From an uncultured Methanosarcinaceae archaeon (lineage in GTDB: Archaea > Halobacteriota > Methanosarcinia > Methanosarcinales > Methanosarcinaceae): a stretch of DNA of 64,000 nucleotides. The stretch spans positions 256,001-320,000 of the forward strand of contig CAVSHT010000004.1 of the NCBI GenBank assembly GCA_963727895.1. The letters are read 5' to 3'. Position 1 is the stretch's first letter, and each line of letters begins with the position of its first letter. A program made the position numbers and the translations under genes. Positions 33,253-44,336 of the stretch are shown one piece after another. The notes below the pieces were generated by a model that was not told where the DNA came from, did no database searches, and saw nothing but the letters and a program-made list of their open reading frames with translations.

Positions 33253-34425
33253 TTATCTACGGTCAAGCTTTTTAACTCTTGTACGAGCCATTTCAGCCTT
33301 TGCTTTGAGACCTTTGCTTTCCCACAGATTAGCGGCGATTTTAAAAGAGTTTTCCGCTCCTTTCTGGTTGCCAAGTTTCAGGAAAACTATGCCTTTCTCA
33401 TACCAGGCTTCAGGAAAATTAGGGTTCTGTCTTATTGCTTTTTCAAAAGCTTGCAGGGCTTCTTTTTCAGAACCGATTTCAAAAAATACTTTTCCTCTGA
33501 GATGCCAGGCATCTGCATTTTCAACTTTTCCCTCAAGGGCTTTTTCAAAAGCTTCTCTAGATTTATCAAGTTCCTCAAGCCTTAAATGCAGCTTACCTTT
33601 TTCAAACCAGATGTTTTTGTCCTCAGGATTCTTTTCCATAACTTTATCATATTCTTTAAGTTCTTCTTCACACTGATGTATTCGAGCAAGCACCATATCC
33701 TTTCCGTTCCAGGCATTTTTCTGTACTGGATTCAGAGAAATAGACCTTTCAAAAGCCTCAAATGCTTGCTTGAAGTGTTCGTGTTTTAATAATGCAAATC
33801 CTTTATTGGTCCAGAGTCCTGAATTATTTGAATTTATTCTAGATGCACTTTCAAAAGCTTCAAGAGCTTCTTCGTAGCGTTTAAGCTTTAGCAGCGTGTT
33901 CCCTTTATGAAATAGAGCTGGAAAATTATCAGGATTTTCTGAAAGTATCTTGTTAAAAGCCTCAAGTGCAAGCCTGAGTCTTCCCTGTTTATACAGAGTT
34001 ACTCCTTCTTCATAGAGGCTTTCTGCGCTTTTCAGATCACTTTCTTCCGGATTTTCGTCTTCAAAACAGTTTTTTTGAATACCGGTTTCCGAAAGATACC
34101 TGAATTCTGGAGATGTATCCGATCCAAGCCTGAAATCAAGGTATTCAAATTCCTTTTTTGGCACAAAGGATTTACAAATCCATTCTTTCTCAACCTTACG
34201 ATTTGTTATAATGCAATATCCGTTAACATATTTAGAACAAACCTCGCAGCAGTAAATTCTCCTTTCCAACCGGTACCGAATCTGGTCAAGTTCAGTGGTT
34301 ACAAGTCCCTCATTCAGCCGTTTTTTGAAAGTTTCATAGGGTATATTCTTAATTTTGATATAGACCGTTGAAGGAGCAGGTGGGTTCCATTCTGGAAAAT
34401 TTGAGGTTTGTTTTTTGCAATTCAT
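33253..34425 (-). CDS. TPR protein with N-terminal Cys-rich domain
   Basis: CCEVCSKY...YC...WICKSF followed by about six TPR units. Confidence 0.85.
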   Translation of the reverse strand: MNCKKQTSNFPEWNPPAPSTVYIKIKNIPYETFKKRLNEGLVTTELDQIRYRLERRIYCCEVCSKYVNGYCIITNRKVEKEWICKSFVPKKEFEYLDFRLGSDTSPEFRYLSETGIQKNCFEDENPEESDLKSAESLYEEGVTLYKQGRLRLALEAFNKILSENPDNFPALFHKGNTLLKLKRYEEALEAFESASRINSNNSGLWTNKGFALLKHEHFKQAFEAFERSISLNPVQKNAWNGKDMVLARIHQCEEELKEYDKVMEKNPEDKNIWFEKGKLHLRLEELDKSREAFEKALEGKVENADAWHLRGKVFFEIGSEKEALQAFEKAIRQNPNFPEAWYEKGIVFLKLGNQKGAENSFKIAANLWESKGLKAKAEMARTRVKKLDRR

Positions 34426-34599
34426 AAATCTTACAGTTGTTCTACTTATTGTATATTCTTATTTTATGGGATTATTTTCTTTTTCTATAATATTCTCTTT
34501 ACTGGAAATTTCTTTTTACTAGAAGTTGTTCATCGAAATTATATGTTTATCCTGGACATCCAGTTCTCGTGGATATCCAGTTTATTGTATATTAAATAT

Positions 34600-35805
34600 T
34601 TAGTTTGTCTCATTTTCGGAGGATTCGGTACTAGAGGAAGATTTATTGACTTCTGTCTTATTTGTCGATGAAATTTTTCCTGATGTTGAAGTTGACGAAT
34701 TAGAAGACGTAGAAGTTGATCCTTGAGAAGATGATTCAGAAGACTTCTGTACAATTACTACTTTAGTAGCCGTCACAATTCCATATTTGTTTGTGGCTGT
34801 CAAAGTATAAGTCGTAGTTTTACTCGGGGATATACTCTGGCTTCCTGTTGAATCTACTGTTCCTATTTCAGGTTCAATCGAGACTTTGGTAGCTGATGAA
34901 ACGCTCCATATTAACTTTGAGCTTTCTCCTTCCTCAATAATAACGGGACTTACACTAAATGAGCCTATAGATGGCACTTTATTTAATGTTGTATTTTCCT
35001 CAGAAGCTGTGTTTTGAGATGTTGTGTCCTGAGAAGCCGTGTTTTGAGATGTTGTATCTTGAGAAGCTGTATTTTGAGCTACTGTGTCCTTAGATGCAGT
35101 ATTATCCTGAGAAGTCGTGTTTCCCTGAGATGCAGACTTTTCTTCACCTGATTGGTTTGATGAAGAAACATTCTCAGAAGAGGTATTATTTTCTTCAACT
35201 GTAACAGTACAATAAGCTTCGTCCTCTTTTTCTCCGTTTGAAGCTTTAAGTTTGTATGTTGTCGTGTTGGCAGGAGCTACTTTCAATGTTCCGGTAGAAT
35301 TTTCAACTCCTATCTCAGGTTCTATGGTAACATTTTGAACTCCGGAAACGTGCCAGTTAAGAATCGCACTTTCTCCTGTTGTGATAGTGTTAGGACTTGC
35401 CTCAAACGAGCTGATGAGAAGACTGTTTTGAGATTCTCCATTAACCGTAACAGTACAGAGTGCTACTTTTTCACTTCCCTTACTCGTAGCTATTAATTTA
35501 TAAGTTGTAGTTTCGTTAGGAGATACAGAAAGAGATCCATTCGAACTTACAACACCGATGTCAGGTTCTATGGTAATATTATCAGCTCCAGAAACATTCC
35601 AGTTCAAAATAGAAGATCCTCCTGGCTCAATAGTTTCCGGACCGGCATTAAAATCACTAATTCCTACCGCAGATGCAGGAATAAGAGTTTTTAGAGCAAT
35701 AGCTATACTCAATAAAGTACCAATTAATTTTATAAGTTCTGGCAACGAATTCCACGAAGACTTTATTTTGTCCCAGCTTGAATCTTTATCGTCCTGTTTA
35801 TCCAT
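34600..35805 (-). CDS. Membrane-anchored surface protein with three Ig/PKD-like repeats and Ser/Thr linkers
   Basis: Three repeats of F.A.P.TI..GES..L.W.VSGA..VTIEP.IG.V...TTTY.L.A; ASQDTTSQNT linker repeats. Confidence 0.85.
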   Translation of the reverse strand: MDKQDDKDSSWDKIKSSWNSLPELIKLIGTLLSIAIALKTLIPASAVGISDFNAGPETIEPGGSSILNWNVSGADNITIEPDIGVVSSNGSLSVSPNETTTYKLIATSKGSEKVALCTVTVNGESQNSLLISSFEASPNTITTGESAILNWHVSGVQNVTIEPEIGVENSTGTLKVAPANTTTYKLKASNGEKEDEAYCTVTVEENNTSSENVSSSNQSGEEKSASQGNTTSQDNTASKDTVAQNTASQDTTSQNTASQDTTSQNTASEENTTLNKVPSIGSFSVSPVIIEEGESSKLIWSVSSATKVSIEPEIGTVDSTGSQSISPSKTTTYTLTATNKYGIVTATKVVIVQKSSESSSQGSTSTSSNSSTSTSGKISSTNKTEVNKSSSSTESSENETN

Positions 35806-36232
35806 ATCCAGACTCCAAAAAACCTCTAAATTAAAACAAATAATCAGTTCTTATGCAGGTCAAAAACTGATATGTGTTTTAGGAAAAGCTCGCCTTAAAA
35901 GCTAGAATTCATTAGGTTGTCATAGTTAACATTATTGATTTTTTAATTAATATCAAAATATATCGAGTAGTTAAATACTATCATATATATTAATTTTGGC
36001 TCATAATTTTAGAGAATTATAAGAACGTTTCTGAAAACTTATTTTTATATTCTCAAACATGCTTTTTATAAGAAAGGCAAAATTCAGACAGGACATTCTA
36101 AAAACTACAGTAAGTAATTATAGATAGATTGGAATATTTATTTCTATATTTTCTAATTTTTATCTGATTATTATATAATATTATTGGAGTTTATGGGTTA
36201 CGATAGCATAGTTCAGTTATCATAAGATAATA

Positions 36233-36306
36233 CATGGAGTTAAAGCACTATTCTTTTTATCCTTGGTTCAGGCCAGCTTGTAAAAGGGCAGGTATTCAGG
36301 GCGTAG
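36233..36306 (+). pseudogene. Degenerate duplicate of the downstream small membrane protein gene
   Basis: GGCCAGCTTGTAAAAGGGCA identical at 36271-36290 and 36642-36661; reads HGVKALF / ILGSGQLVKGQVFRA* across a frameshift. Confidence 0.65.
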
Positions 36307-36581
36307 AGTAAGTATTGAAATATACATAATTATCTGTGTATTCATTTGATGATAGAAATTGTAATTTCATGGCTGTAATATAAATTGTAATTTTAATGGG
36401 ACTGATTTTGTGGGTTGCAAAAGATATAAAAAGCATATGAAAAGTCTAGAATTCATAAAAACAGGTTAAAAATATATAATAGAAAATGTACCAAAAAAAG
36501 TTGTTTTAAATAAAACAACTTTTATAAGTTAAGTTATTTATACTTCTCTTCCTATTTAGAACCTTAAAAAAGGTAAGTTCT

Positions 36582-36788
36582 ATGAACTGTTGCAGAACAC
36601 ACGGAATTCCAGCCTTATTTTCTTTTTTCATTCCAGGGCTGGGCCAGCTTGTAAAAGGGCATCTGTTCAAGGCTTTGGGTATCTGGATAGCTTTTATCGT
36701 TACCGGTATGATGCATATATTTGGTGCTGGATTTTTACTATGGTTTATTATATGGATCTGGCAGATCTATGATGCCTATAATGCCTGA
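36582..36788 (+). CDS. Small membrane protein (TM2-like)
   Basis: ALFSFFIPGLGQLVKG...WIWQIYDAY pattern; AAGGT RBS. Confidence 0.8.
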   Translation: MNCCRTHGIPALFSFFIPGLGQLVKGHLFKALGIWIAFIVTGMMHIFGAGFLLWFIIWIWQIYDAYNA

Positions 36789-37039
36789 TTAAAAACAAAC
36801 AATTAGAAAAATGAATGTAATTATAATACTGTAGCAAATAATTTTCCCATATATTACAGCTGTTTAAAAGAAATATTAATCTATTGTGATTAAATCTCGA
36901 CTTATTGTAATATTTTGAATAGGATTGTACTATTTAGAACAATCTTCTCCTTTTTTCTCTTACTATCTATAAATTGTTCTTAGCTGTTTAAGGCTAATCC
37001 CTTAAATTTGATTTATTCTGATCTATGAAATAATAAATG

Positions 37040-37779
37040 GGTATTGTTACTTAACTATACCTAGTTCTTTATTTCTGTATTTCATCAATGGAATAACCGA
37101 GTACTTTAGCATTTCAAGACTTTTTGTATCACACTTTGTCTTTCTTCTCAATCTTGCCAGAAAGTGCCTCAATATGCTGTTATATCCCTCAACTGTAAAT
37201 GTTTCTGCTTTTGATTGAGTATGAATAGTTTCTGGAAGAAACTCTGCATATGCCCTCCAGTGATAGGTCATCACTTCTCCAATCTCTTTTTTCTTCAATT
37301 TTTCCCAGAGTAGTTTTCCAGTTTATGTTCCTCTGCTACCAAAAGAGCAGTTGATGAACTTTTTCCCAACTCTATCAACAGCAATCCAGATCCAGCAATA
37401 TTTTTTTTGTTACCGATGTAAGTGTGCATCTCATCCATTTCAACAATAGATATCTCACTTTCACTTTTTAGGTTCTCTAACTCCTGACCAAATTTCTTTA
37501 TCCATCTTTGGACAGAAACATGACTAACCCCTAAAACTCTTCCTATTGAACGAAAGCCCAATCCTTCAAGGTAAAGTTGTAAAGCCTGTCTTTTTACAGA
37601 AGCGGAAAAAGCAGTTGATTTTAGCTCTACTGTATAGTTATATCCACAATCAGAGCATTTGTAGCGTTGACGCCCGCCAACTATACCGTTCTTTTTGTGA
37701 CTGGAGCTATTGCATCTGGGGCAGTTCATGAAGAAATATATGTTATAAGCATATATATCTATTTTTGTATACCAATGCC
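37040..37779 (-). mobile_element. IS1-family element (740 bp) with 8-bp target duplication AATAAATG
   Basis: TSD at 37032-37039 and 37780-37787; InsA intact, A8 frameshift site, but the conserved TDHW reads TYHW. Confidence 0.95.
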
Positions 37780-37939
37780 AATAAATGTACTCTTAAGTTT
37801 CAACGTAGAAAGTAAATCCTTACTTCTGCGCCGGGAAAGCATTATCGTGCAAAGAAAGCTTATTGAATTGATCACTTTTTCATGTGGAACTAAAAAAATC
37901 TGAAACAGCAACGTTATTATGCTGTAAAACAATTTCTAA

Positions 37940-39004
37940 ATGGGGATTGATATGATAAAAGAAGCCATGTTCTACGAGAAAATAAAAGATAATAAAGTAC
38001 ATTGTAATCTCTGTGCTCATAGCTGTAAGATTTCCCCAGGAAAAAGAGGCTTTTGTGGGGTCAGAGAAAACAGGAAAGGCGATCTATACACTCTTATTTA
38101 TGGGACAGTTTCAAGCGAGGCAATTGATCCTATTGAAAAGAAACCGCTCTATCATTTTTATCCAGGGTCTTATGTTTATTCAGTTGGGTCAGTTGGATGC
38201 AATTTTCGTTGTAAACACTGTCAGAACTGGTCGATTTCCCAGGCTTGTCTAGAAGATGCTTATACAATGGATGTTCTTCCCGATGAATTGATAGAAAGAA
38301 CACTTCTCTCACGCTCAAGTTCAATTGCCTGGACCTACAATGAACCTACAATCTGGCACGAATATACCTACGAATGTGCAAAACTGGCAAAAGCCGCAGG
38401 GATTGCAACAATCTATGTAACAAACGGATATATGACGCCTAATGCCCTCAGACATATTGCGCCTTATCTGGATGCCGCCAATATTGATATCAAAGCATTT
38501 AGTGAAAAATATTATCACGATGTTGCCAGTGCAAAACTAGCTCCTGTACTTGAAGCTTCTGTCCTCGCAAAAGAACTTGGAATCCATGTAGAGATAACAA
38601 ATCTTATTATTCCCAGTAGAAACGATTCTCCTGATGAGTTAAGAGAACTTTCAAAATGGGTATATAAAAATATGGGACCTGAAACTCCTCTTCATTTTAC
38701 ACGCTTTCATCCTCAGTACAAGATGCAAGATTTACCTCCTACACCTATAAACACCATGGAGGAAGCATGTAAGATTGCAACTGAGGAAGGGATGAAGTAT
38801 GTTTATATGGGTAATGTCCCTGACAGTGAGCACAATAATACTTTTTGTCCTAACTGTGGAAAGACCTTGATTACCCGTGGCTTTTTTGAAATTAAAAAGT
38901 ACGAAATCACACCTGAAAAAACCTGTCCCAAATGTGGGGAACACATTCCGATTATAGGTGAATTTGCAGGCTCAAAGCAGGATCCAGATGAATATGAATA
39001 TTAA
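37940..39004 (+). CDS. amrS: AmmeMemoRadiSam system radical SAM enzyme
   Basis: CNLCAHSC, DPIEKKPLYHFYPG, GCNFRCKHCQNW and TYNEP motifs; start may be ATG 37952. Confidence 0.92.
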   Translation: MGIDMIKEAMFYEKIKDNKVHCNLCAHSCKISPGKRGFCGVRENRKGDLYTLIYGTVSSEAIDPIEKKPLYHFYPGSYVYSVGSVGCNFRCKHCQNWSISQACLEDAYTMDVLPDELIERTLLSRSSSIAWTYNEPTIWHEYTYECAKLAKAAGIATIYVTNGYMTPNALRHIAPYLDAANIDIKAFSEKYYHDVASAKLAPVLEASVLAKELGIHVEITNLIIPSRNDSPDELRELSKWVYKNMGPETPLHFTRFHPQYKMQDLPPTPINTMEEACKIATEEGMKYVYMGNVPDSEHNNTFCPNCGKTLITRGFFEIKKYEITPEKTCPKCGEHIPIIGEFAGSKQDPDEYEY

Positions 39005-39188
39005 GCTTTATTACTAATATGGCAGAAAAGATGTTTAAAGAAAAAAAGCAAGGACTGCACTACAAAGAAAATAAGAAGTTAAGAAGATATTAGAGAGAAA
39101 AACTGGTAGCAGAAAAGAACTATATAAAAACCGTAATATACTAAATTTCCAGAAACTATTGAGTTACTTTTTCTCTGCGAGGATAGTT

Positions 39189-39758
39189 TTATTTCTCAGA
39201 TATATATTTCTCATAACCTTCTTGAAAGATTTTTATGATTCCTGTTTGCAGGGAAGGCGTATATTTATCGGGTTCAACTTTTATTTTGTCATATAATTCT
39301 TCAATCTCTATCCATTCTACATATGATGCCTCTTCTGGATCAGGTTGAATTAAGCTTGCAGTTTTTTCTGAGCATCGACCTGAAAATACTGTGTGAAAAG
39401 CACCTTTGTTTTGGAAAATGCAGGGAATTTTGAATAATTTCCTGAATGGAACCGATATTCCTATTTCTTCAAGCATTTCCCTTTTCATGCAGGCTTCATA
39501 AGATTCGTTTGCTACAGTACCGCTTACTGAGTATGTATAACGATCTGGAAACCACTTTTTTTGAGGCGATCTTTTCTGGATAAGCATTTTATTTTCAGAG
39601 TTGAGTAAAATAAGTTGAGCAGCTCTGTGAATATAGCTTCCTGAATAAAACTCCTCCCGCTCGCGCAGGCCAAGAAAATTATCGTTTTTGTCGACTTCAC
39701 TGATTAGTTCTGTCACAAAAGAACTCCTTTTAAGTTGTTTTTCACAATCCAGTTTCAA
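39189..39758 (-). CDS. NUDIX hydrolase (IDI-like)
   Basis: IHRAA, IQKRSPQKKWFP and Nudix box GTVANESYEACMKREMLEEIGI. Confidence 0.88.
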   Translation of the reverse strand: MKLDCEKQLKRSSFVTELISEVDKNDNFLGLREREEFYSGSYIHRAAQLILLNSENKMLIQKRSPQKKWFPDRYTYSVSGTVANESYEACMKREMLEEIGISVPFRKLFKIPCIFQNKGAFHTVFSGRCSEKTASLIQPDPEEASYVEWIEIEELYDKIKVEPDKYTPSLQTGIIKIFQEGYEKYISEK

Positions 39759-39868
39759 CTGGTTAAAAATAAGAATTTCAGTTAAAATAAAAAATGACAG
39801 GCTTCAATAAAAGGCTAAACCTGAAGTAATGCCATGAAAATAAAAAAGAAATTCACTTTTCAGGATTA

Positions 39869-40177
39869 TCAGGGTTCAGAAACCTCTTTTGGTCTTTCTG
39901 CGGCTTTCTGGATTTCTTCCAAAAGCTGATCGTCGGTCTTACCTCTTATCTCAATTCCTAGTTTCTGAGCAGTTTCCTGTACTTTAGTCTTTGGAACTGA
40001 AGGCTCAGAAGATATAGATTTTTCAAACTCACGAAGACTTAATTCGGATTCCTTCTGAGCTTTCTTAAATTCTCCAACCGAACTTCCCATGGACCTTGCC
40101 AGCTCCGGAAGTTTAGATGCCCCAAAAAGGAGTACAATTATTGCGAAGATTGGTATAAGTTCCTGTGCACCTATCAT
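39869..40177 (-). CDS. tatA: Twin-arginine translocase TatA/E subunit
   Basis: LLFGASKLPELARSMGSSVGEFKKA. Confidence 0.93.
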   Translation of the reverse strand: MIGAQELIPIFAIIVLLFGASKLPELARSMGSSVGEFKKAQKESELSLREFEKSISSEPSVPKTKVQETAQKLGIEIRGKTDDQLLEEIQKAAERPKEVSEP

Positions 40178-40386
40178 GGCTTAACCTCAAGCTGTCGTAT
40201 TTTTAGATAATGATTCAGCGGGTATTAATAATCTGAATATTAAAATATCTCTAAATTAAGCTAAGATTTTTAATGTTATATAAAGTTTCTATTATTCTTT
40301 ATTATTTTATATAAATTATATATCTAATTCTTTTTATTTGCCTCTTTTTTCTAGTTCTCCTTTTGTCTTAGCTTGATCCTGATGCT

Positions 40387-40725
40387 TCAGTTTTTCTGTA
40401 GCTCTTTCTTTTCAAGGATATATTTTTCGGTTTCAGGAGTATTTACCAAGGTCGCGCTGGCTTTTAGATCTGTATTGTTTTTTGCTTCTGTACTGCTTTC
40501 AGAATTATCCTTTTGTTCCTTTTCTTTTTCTTTGGAAGTAACTATATTCGCGGCTTTTCGTGTGTAAGCGTCGAATTGATTAAGCTCAAGCTCAGAAGCA
40601 CGCTGCGCTTTTTTAAATTCCCCCATTGCACTTCCTAAAGACCGCGCAAGTTCGGGAAGCTTCTGAGGCCCAAAGAGGAAGAGAGCAACAATAAGGATTG
40701 CTATCAATTCTTGTGTGCCTATCAT
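40387..40725 (-). CDS. tatA: Twin-arginine translocase TatA/E subunit (second paralogue)
   Basis: LFGPQKLPELARSLGSAMGEFKKA. Confidence 0.93.
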   Translation of the reverse strand: MIGTQELIAILIVALFLFGPQKLPELARSLGSAMGEFKKAQRASELELNQFDAYTRKAANIVTSKEKEKEQKDNSESSTEAKNNTDLKASATLVNTPETEKYILEKKELQKN

Positions 40726-40897
40726 AGGAGGTTATTATCAATAATCTTATATAAAAATTCTTGTAATCGAATCGGATAACATCAACAAACGGGACATTCA
40801 TTAAAAATTTATATTTATTAAAAGAAAAAGGCAATTAATTGAGCAAAAGGGTCCTCAAAAGGGTCTGATTTCCCAAAATATCCTGATTAATAATTAC

Positions 40898-41677
40898 TCA
40901 AAATACTCTAATTAGTAATAAACTGAATTCAAACAGGATTCCAAGTAGAAATGCCACAAGAATCTGGGCAATAAAAGTAGGGTCTGGAGAAAGGAATAGT
41001 GAAAATGCTACAATTATACTGTAAACCATAAATCTCTGCTTTTTGAGGGTCTGATACTGTATGAGCCCCATTTTCACGGCAAAAACCACAAGTAGAGGTA
41101 GCTGAAATACAATTCCAAAACCTGCCAGGATTGTGGTTACGGCTGATAGAGTATTCTGAACGGAAAGCTGTGCTGTAGCCGTGTCACCTGAAAAAAATAA
41201 AATGTATTTGAACATTATAGGCAGGACGATAAAATAACCTATAGAAGCTCCAAAGATGAAAAGCAGGAAAGATGCTGGGATGATCTTGAGGAAAAACCGT
41301 TTCTCATGCGGATAAAGCCCTTTGCCTGCAAACCTGTAAAGCTGGTAGAAAAGCAGAGGGATTGAAGTAGCTAAAGCAAAGACAAGGCAGAGCTTGAGGC
41401 GAGCAAAGGTCCATTCCAGAGGCGAGTAAGCTGTCATATAGAGGTCAGGACTAATAAACTCCTTCCAGATCAGCAGCATTCCTTTCGCCGAGAATGGATA
41501 AGCAATAATTATTCCTACACAAAGCCAGATTAAAACGATTGCCAGCCGGTTTCTGAGCTCTAACAGGTGGGTCACGAGAGACTCTTCAGTATCTCCTGGG
41601 ACACCGCAAGTATACGAATTAATTCCGGATACTGTTTCATTGGAAGTATTTCCGTTGCCTACGTGCTGTGAATCCAT
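40898..41677 (-). CDS. tatC: Twin-arginine translocase TatC
   Basis: HLLELRNRL, SPLE, GLYPHEK, FQLP and SPDP motifs; six membrane helices. Confidence 0.93.
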   Translation of the reverse strand: MDSQHVGNGNTSNETVSGINSYTCGVPGDTEESLVTHLLELRNRLAIVLIWLCVGIIIAYPFSAKGMLLIWKEFISPDLYMTAYSPLEWTFARLKLCLVFALATSIPLLFYQLYRFAGKGLYPHEKRFFLKIIPASFLLFIFGASIGYFIVLPIMFKYILFFSGDTATAQLSVQNTLSAVTTILAGFGIVFQLPLLVVFAVKMGLIQYQTLKKQRFMVYSIIVAFSLFLSPDPTFIAQILVAFLLGILFEFSLLLIRVF

Positions 41678-42099
41678 TTTTTCTGCTCTTACATGTACCT
41701 ATATAAATATATTAATATCGGAACATAACATTATAGTAAATTTTGTATCTGCTATAATACGTCATTTTTCCATATAGATTACAACCATTTTAAGATATAT
41801 TTTCGCAATATCTTTCTACTATATATTTGCATACTTGATAACTGTATACTGAAAATTTATGACGCAAACTTATGACACTAAGCCATTATACTATTATCAT
41901 TTAAAAATGATTACTAAAACGCGATTACGATAATTGCTGAAGAGATTATGAACCACAATATTATTTGATTATAAAATCATACCTTAATTATACCTTGATT
42001 GTATAACTTAATAAGAATAATTAATATTATATATATCGTATTAATAAAATAATCTGTTAAGATAATCTAATTGATGAAAATAACTGTAATTTCTCAGTT

Positions 42100-42146
42100 C
42101 CCGATACTCAAACATCAAATTCCGTATCGGGGTTGTTTTTTTCTTT
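42100..42146 (+). terminator. Hairpin followed by a T tract (terminator-like)
   Basis: CCCGATAC (42100-42107) pairs with GTATCGGG (42124-42131), followed by GTTGTTTTTTTCTTT. Confidence 0.45.
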
Positions 42147-42354
42147 AACAGAACTTCTCCTGAATGGCTGGAGTTCCATGGAATAATTGAAGGATTTCAT
42201 AAAGAGCGGGATAAAACTAAAGCGAAAAAACAAAATAGGTAAAAGAAAGTTGATGATAAATCTATGTAGTGAGCAAGTCTCACTGTAATGAATATAAGAG
42301 TTCCCTTAAATAGGATAAAGAACTTTCTTTTGCTTCTCAGGATAGGTACTCAAT

Positions 42355-43140
42355 ATGTCTGAAGCCATTGAAAATCTCAGTGTAATTCTACGGACCCTGC
42401 GAAATAAGTTACTTGTGATTAGTGGGGTTTTTCTTGCAGGAATTATTGTCTCTTTCCAGTTTACAAGTCCTCTAATCAAGAGAATGAAAATTGACCTTCT
42501 TCCTGAGGGCGCAAAGCTGGTCTATGTATCTCCTCTTGAAGTAATGATGCTGGAGCTAAAGCTCTCTATCATAATAGGAGCACTCCTTACTCTACCTGTT
42601 ATTGCATTCTATATTTATCGTGCCATCTCAAAAAAGTATTCAATCAAAGTTCCAGTATCTATTGGAAAAGGACAATTCATTTTTCTAACTATATCAGTTA
42701 TTATTATGTTTGTTATTGGATGTGCATATTCTTATTTCTTTATGTTACCTCTTTTTCTTAAGTTCCTATACATTGATGCAGCAGATTCAGGTGTGACTGC
42801 GACTTATTCGGTTTTTAGTTTCATATCATTTATAGCAACAACTACAGCGATTTTTGGGCTGGTCTTTGAGTTCCCTATAGTACTTACTTTCCTTACCCGA
42901 AGTGGATTTGTAAAATATAGTACTCTTGTGACCTACCGCAAACACATTTATGTTATTATCATGTTTGTTGCAGCTGTCGTTACTCCTGGTACAGATGTCT
43001 TCAGTGAAATGATGGTTGCCATCCCCATGATAATCTTTTTTGAGATCAGTATGGTGATTGTTAAGGTACTTGGTGTGAAGAACAAACTTTCCAAGACTGA
43101 ATCTTCAGCAACTGCGTTAGGGATTACAAGAAGGGACTAA
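42355..43140 (+). CDS. tatC: Twin-arginine translocase TatC (second, divergent copy)
   Basis: SPLE, FGLVFEFP, YRKH and VVTPGTD motifs. Confidence 0.9.
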   Translation: MSEAIENLSVILRTLRNKLLVISGVFLAGIIVSFQFTSPLIKRMKIDLLPEGAKLVYVSPLEVMMLELKLSIIIGALLTLPVIAFYIYRAISKKYSIKVPVSIGKGQFIFLTISVIIMFVIGCAYSYFFMLPLFLKFLYIDAADSGVTATYSVFSFISFIATTTAIFGLVFEFPIVLTFLTRSGFVKYSTLVTYRKHIYVIIMFVAAVVTPGTDVFSEMMVAIPMIIFFEISMVIVKVLGVKNKLSKTESSATALGITRRD

Positions 43141-43299
43141 AATTGAGTCACAGAAATAGTTGTGAGTAATGACACTTGAAAAAGTCACTCAAACATTTTT
43201 CACCACTCTTCTTCTGTAATTTACTGATTGTTAGCTGTCTGGTTGTCCTGATATTATTTCAACAGACTCAAGAAAGTCTTATTTAATCTGGTTCCTATC

Positions 43300-44253
43300 T
43301 TGAGAGTCATGGAGCAACAGCATGTAAAGGCAAATATTCAGGTAGTTGCCGCATCCGTTATTTACGGGTTTTCAGGAATTTTTTTTGTATATGTAAAGAA
43401 TATGTCCGCAGGGTCCGTTGTGTTTTACCAGCTTCTTTTAGGGCTTGTTGCTCTTGCGGCCTATCTGGCAGTAACTGGAAAGCTGTCAGGAATTAAGTTC
43501 CGAGGGAAGCGAAAAACCCTGATATTGCTTGGAGCATGGCAGGCGGGGGCAATGGTCTCTTATTATACGGCTATAAACTTTACAAATGTCTCAATATCTG
43601 TACTTTTGCTTTATACAGCTCCATTTTATGTTTTACTGTTTGCTCCTATCATCTTGAAAGAAAAATATAGTAGAAAAAGTCTTTCTGCACTGATTATTTC
43701 TTTTGTGGGCGTGATAATTGTTATCGGTCCTGAAAACCTTATTTCGGGCTCAAAACTTGAGCCTGGATATCTTTTTGGAGTTCTTATGGGGCTTTTTTCA
43801 GGGCTTTGCTACGCCTGCGTTACTGTGACTTCTCGCTACCTTAGAGACGAATATTCAGGTATTGAACAGATCCTTATCTCAACCTGCATAACACTTTTAC
43901 TGCTGTTTCCTTTTATAACGCAGGCTTCGACAAAATCCCTTCTAGATAATCTGCCTCTTCTCCTTTTTCTCGGACTAACAATCACTTCAATAGGCTCAAT
44001 TCTTTATTTTACAGGGCTTGAACATGTAAAAGCCCAGAATGCAAGCATACTTTCCCTGCTTGAGCCTGTAAGCACGATATTTTTTGCTTATCTCCTCTTA
44101 AAAGATCCCATATCCATAAAAACCCTTATAGGCTGCATACTTATCCTTTCCAGTTCTGTTCTGTCAAGCCTTGAAGATGAGGCAAAATATAAGGACGAAG
44201 ATAAAGTGAATAAGTCTGAAATCTTGCTGCTAAAAAAGGAAAAAACAGAATGA
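43300..44253 (+). CDS. EamA/DMT-family transporter
   Basis: About ten membrane helices; LLLYTAP and ASILSLLEPV motifs. Confidence 0.9.
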   Translation: MRVMEQQHVKANIQVVAASVIYGFSGIFFVYVKNMSAGSVVFYQLLLGLVALAAYLAVTGKLSGIKFRGKRKTLILLGAWQAGAMVSYYTAINFTNVSISVLLLYTAPFYVLLFAPIILKEKYSRKSLSALIISFVGVIIVIGPENLISGSKLEPGYLFGVLMGLFSGLCYACVTVTSRYLRDEYSGIEQILISTCITLLLLFPFITQASTKSLLDNLPLLLFLGLTITSIGSILYFTGLEHVKAQNASILSLLEPVSTIFFAYLLLKDPISIKTLIGCILILSSSVLSSLEDEAKYKDEDKVNKSEILLLKKEKTE

Positions 44254-44336
44254 TCTGGGTGTAGTGAAAATAAATAAAGTTATGGAGTTTTTAGTAAAGA
44301 ATGCTTTTGTTATAAAAGTGTCCTACATTTTCTCTT

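Noticed and set aside
39869..43140. Duplicated tatA/tatC as a novelty
   Set aside because: Multiple Tat paralogues are a familiar arrangement in Methanosarcina and other archaea.
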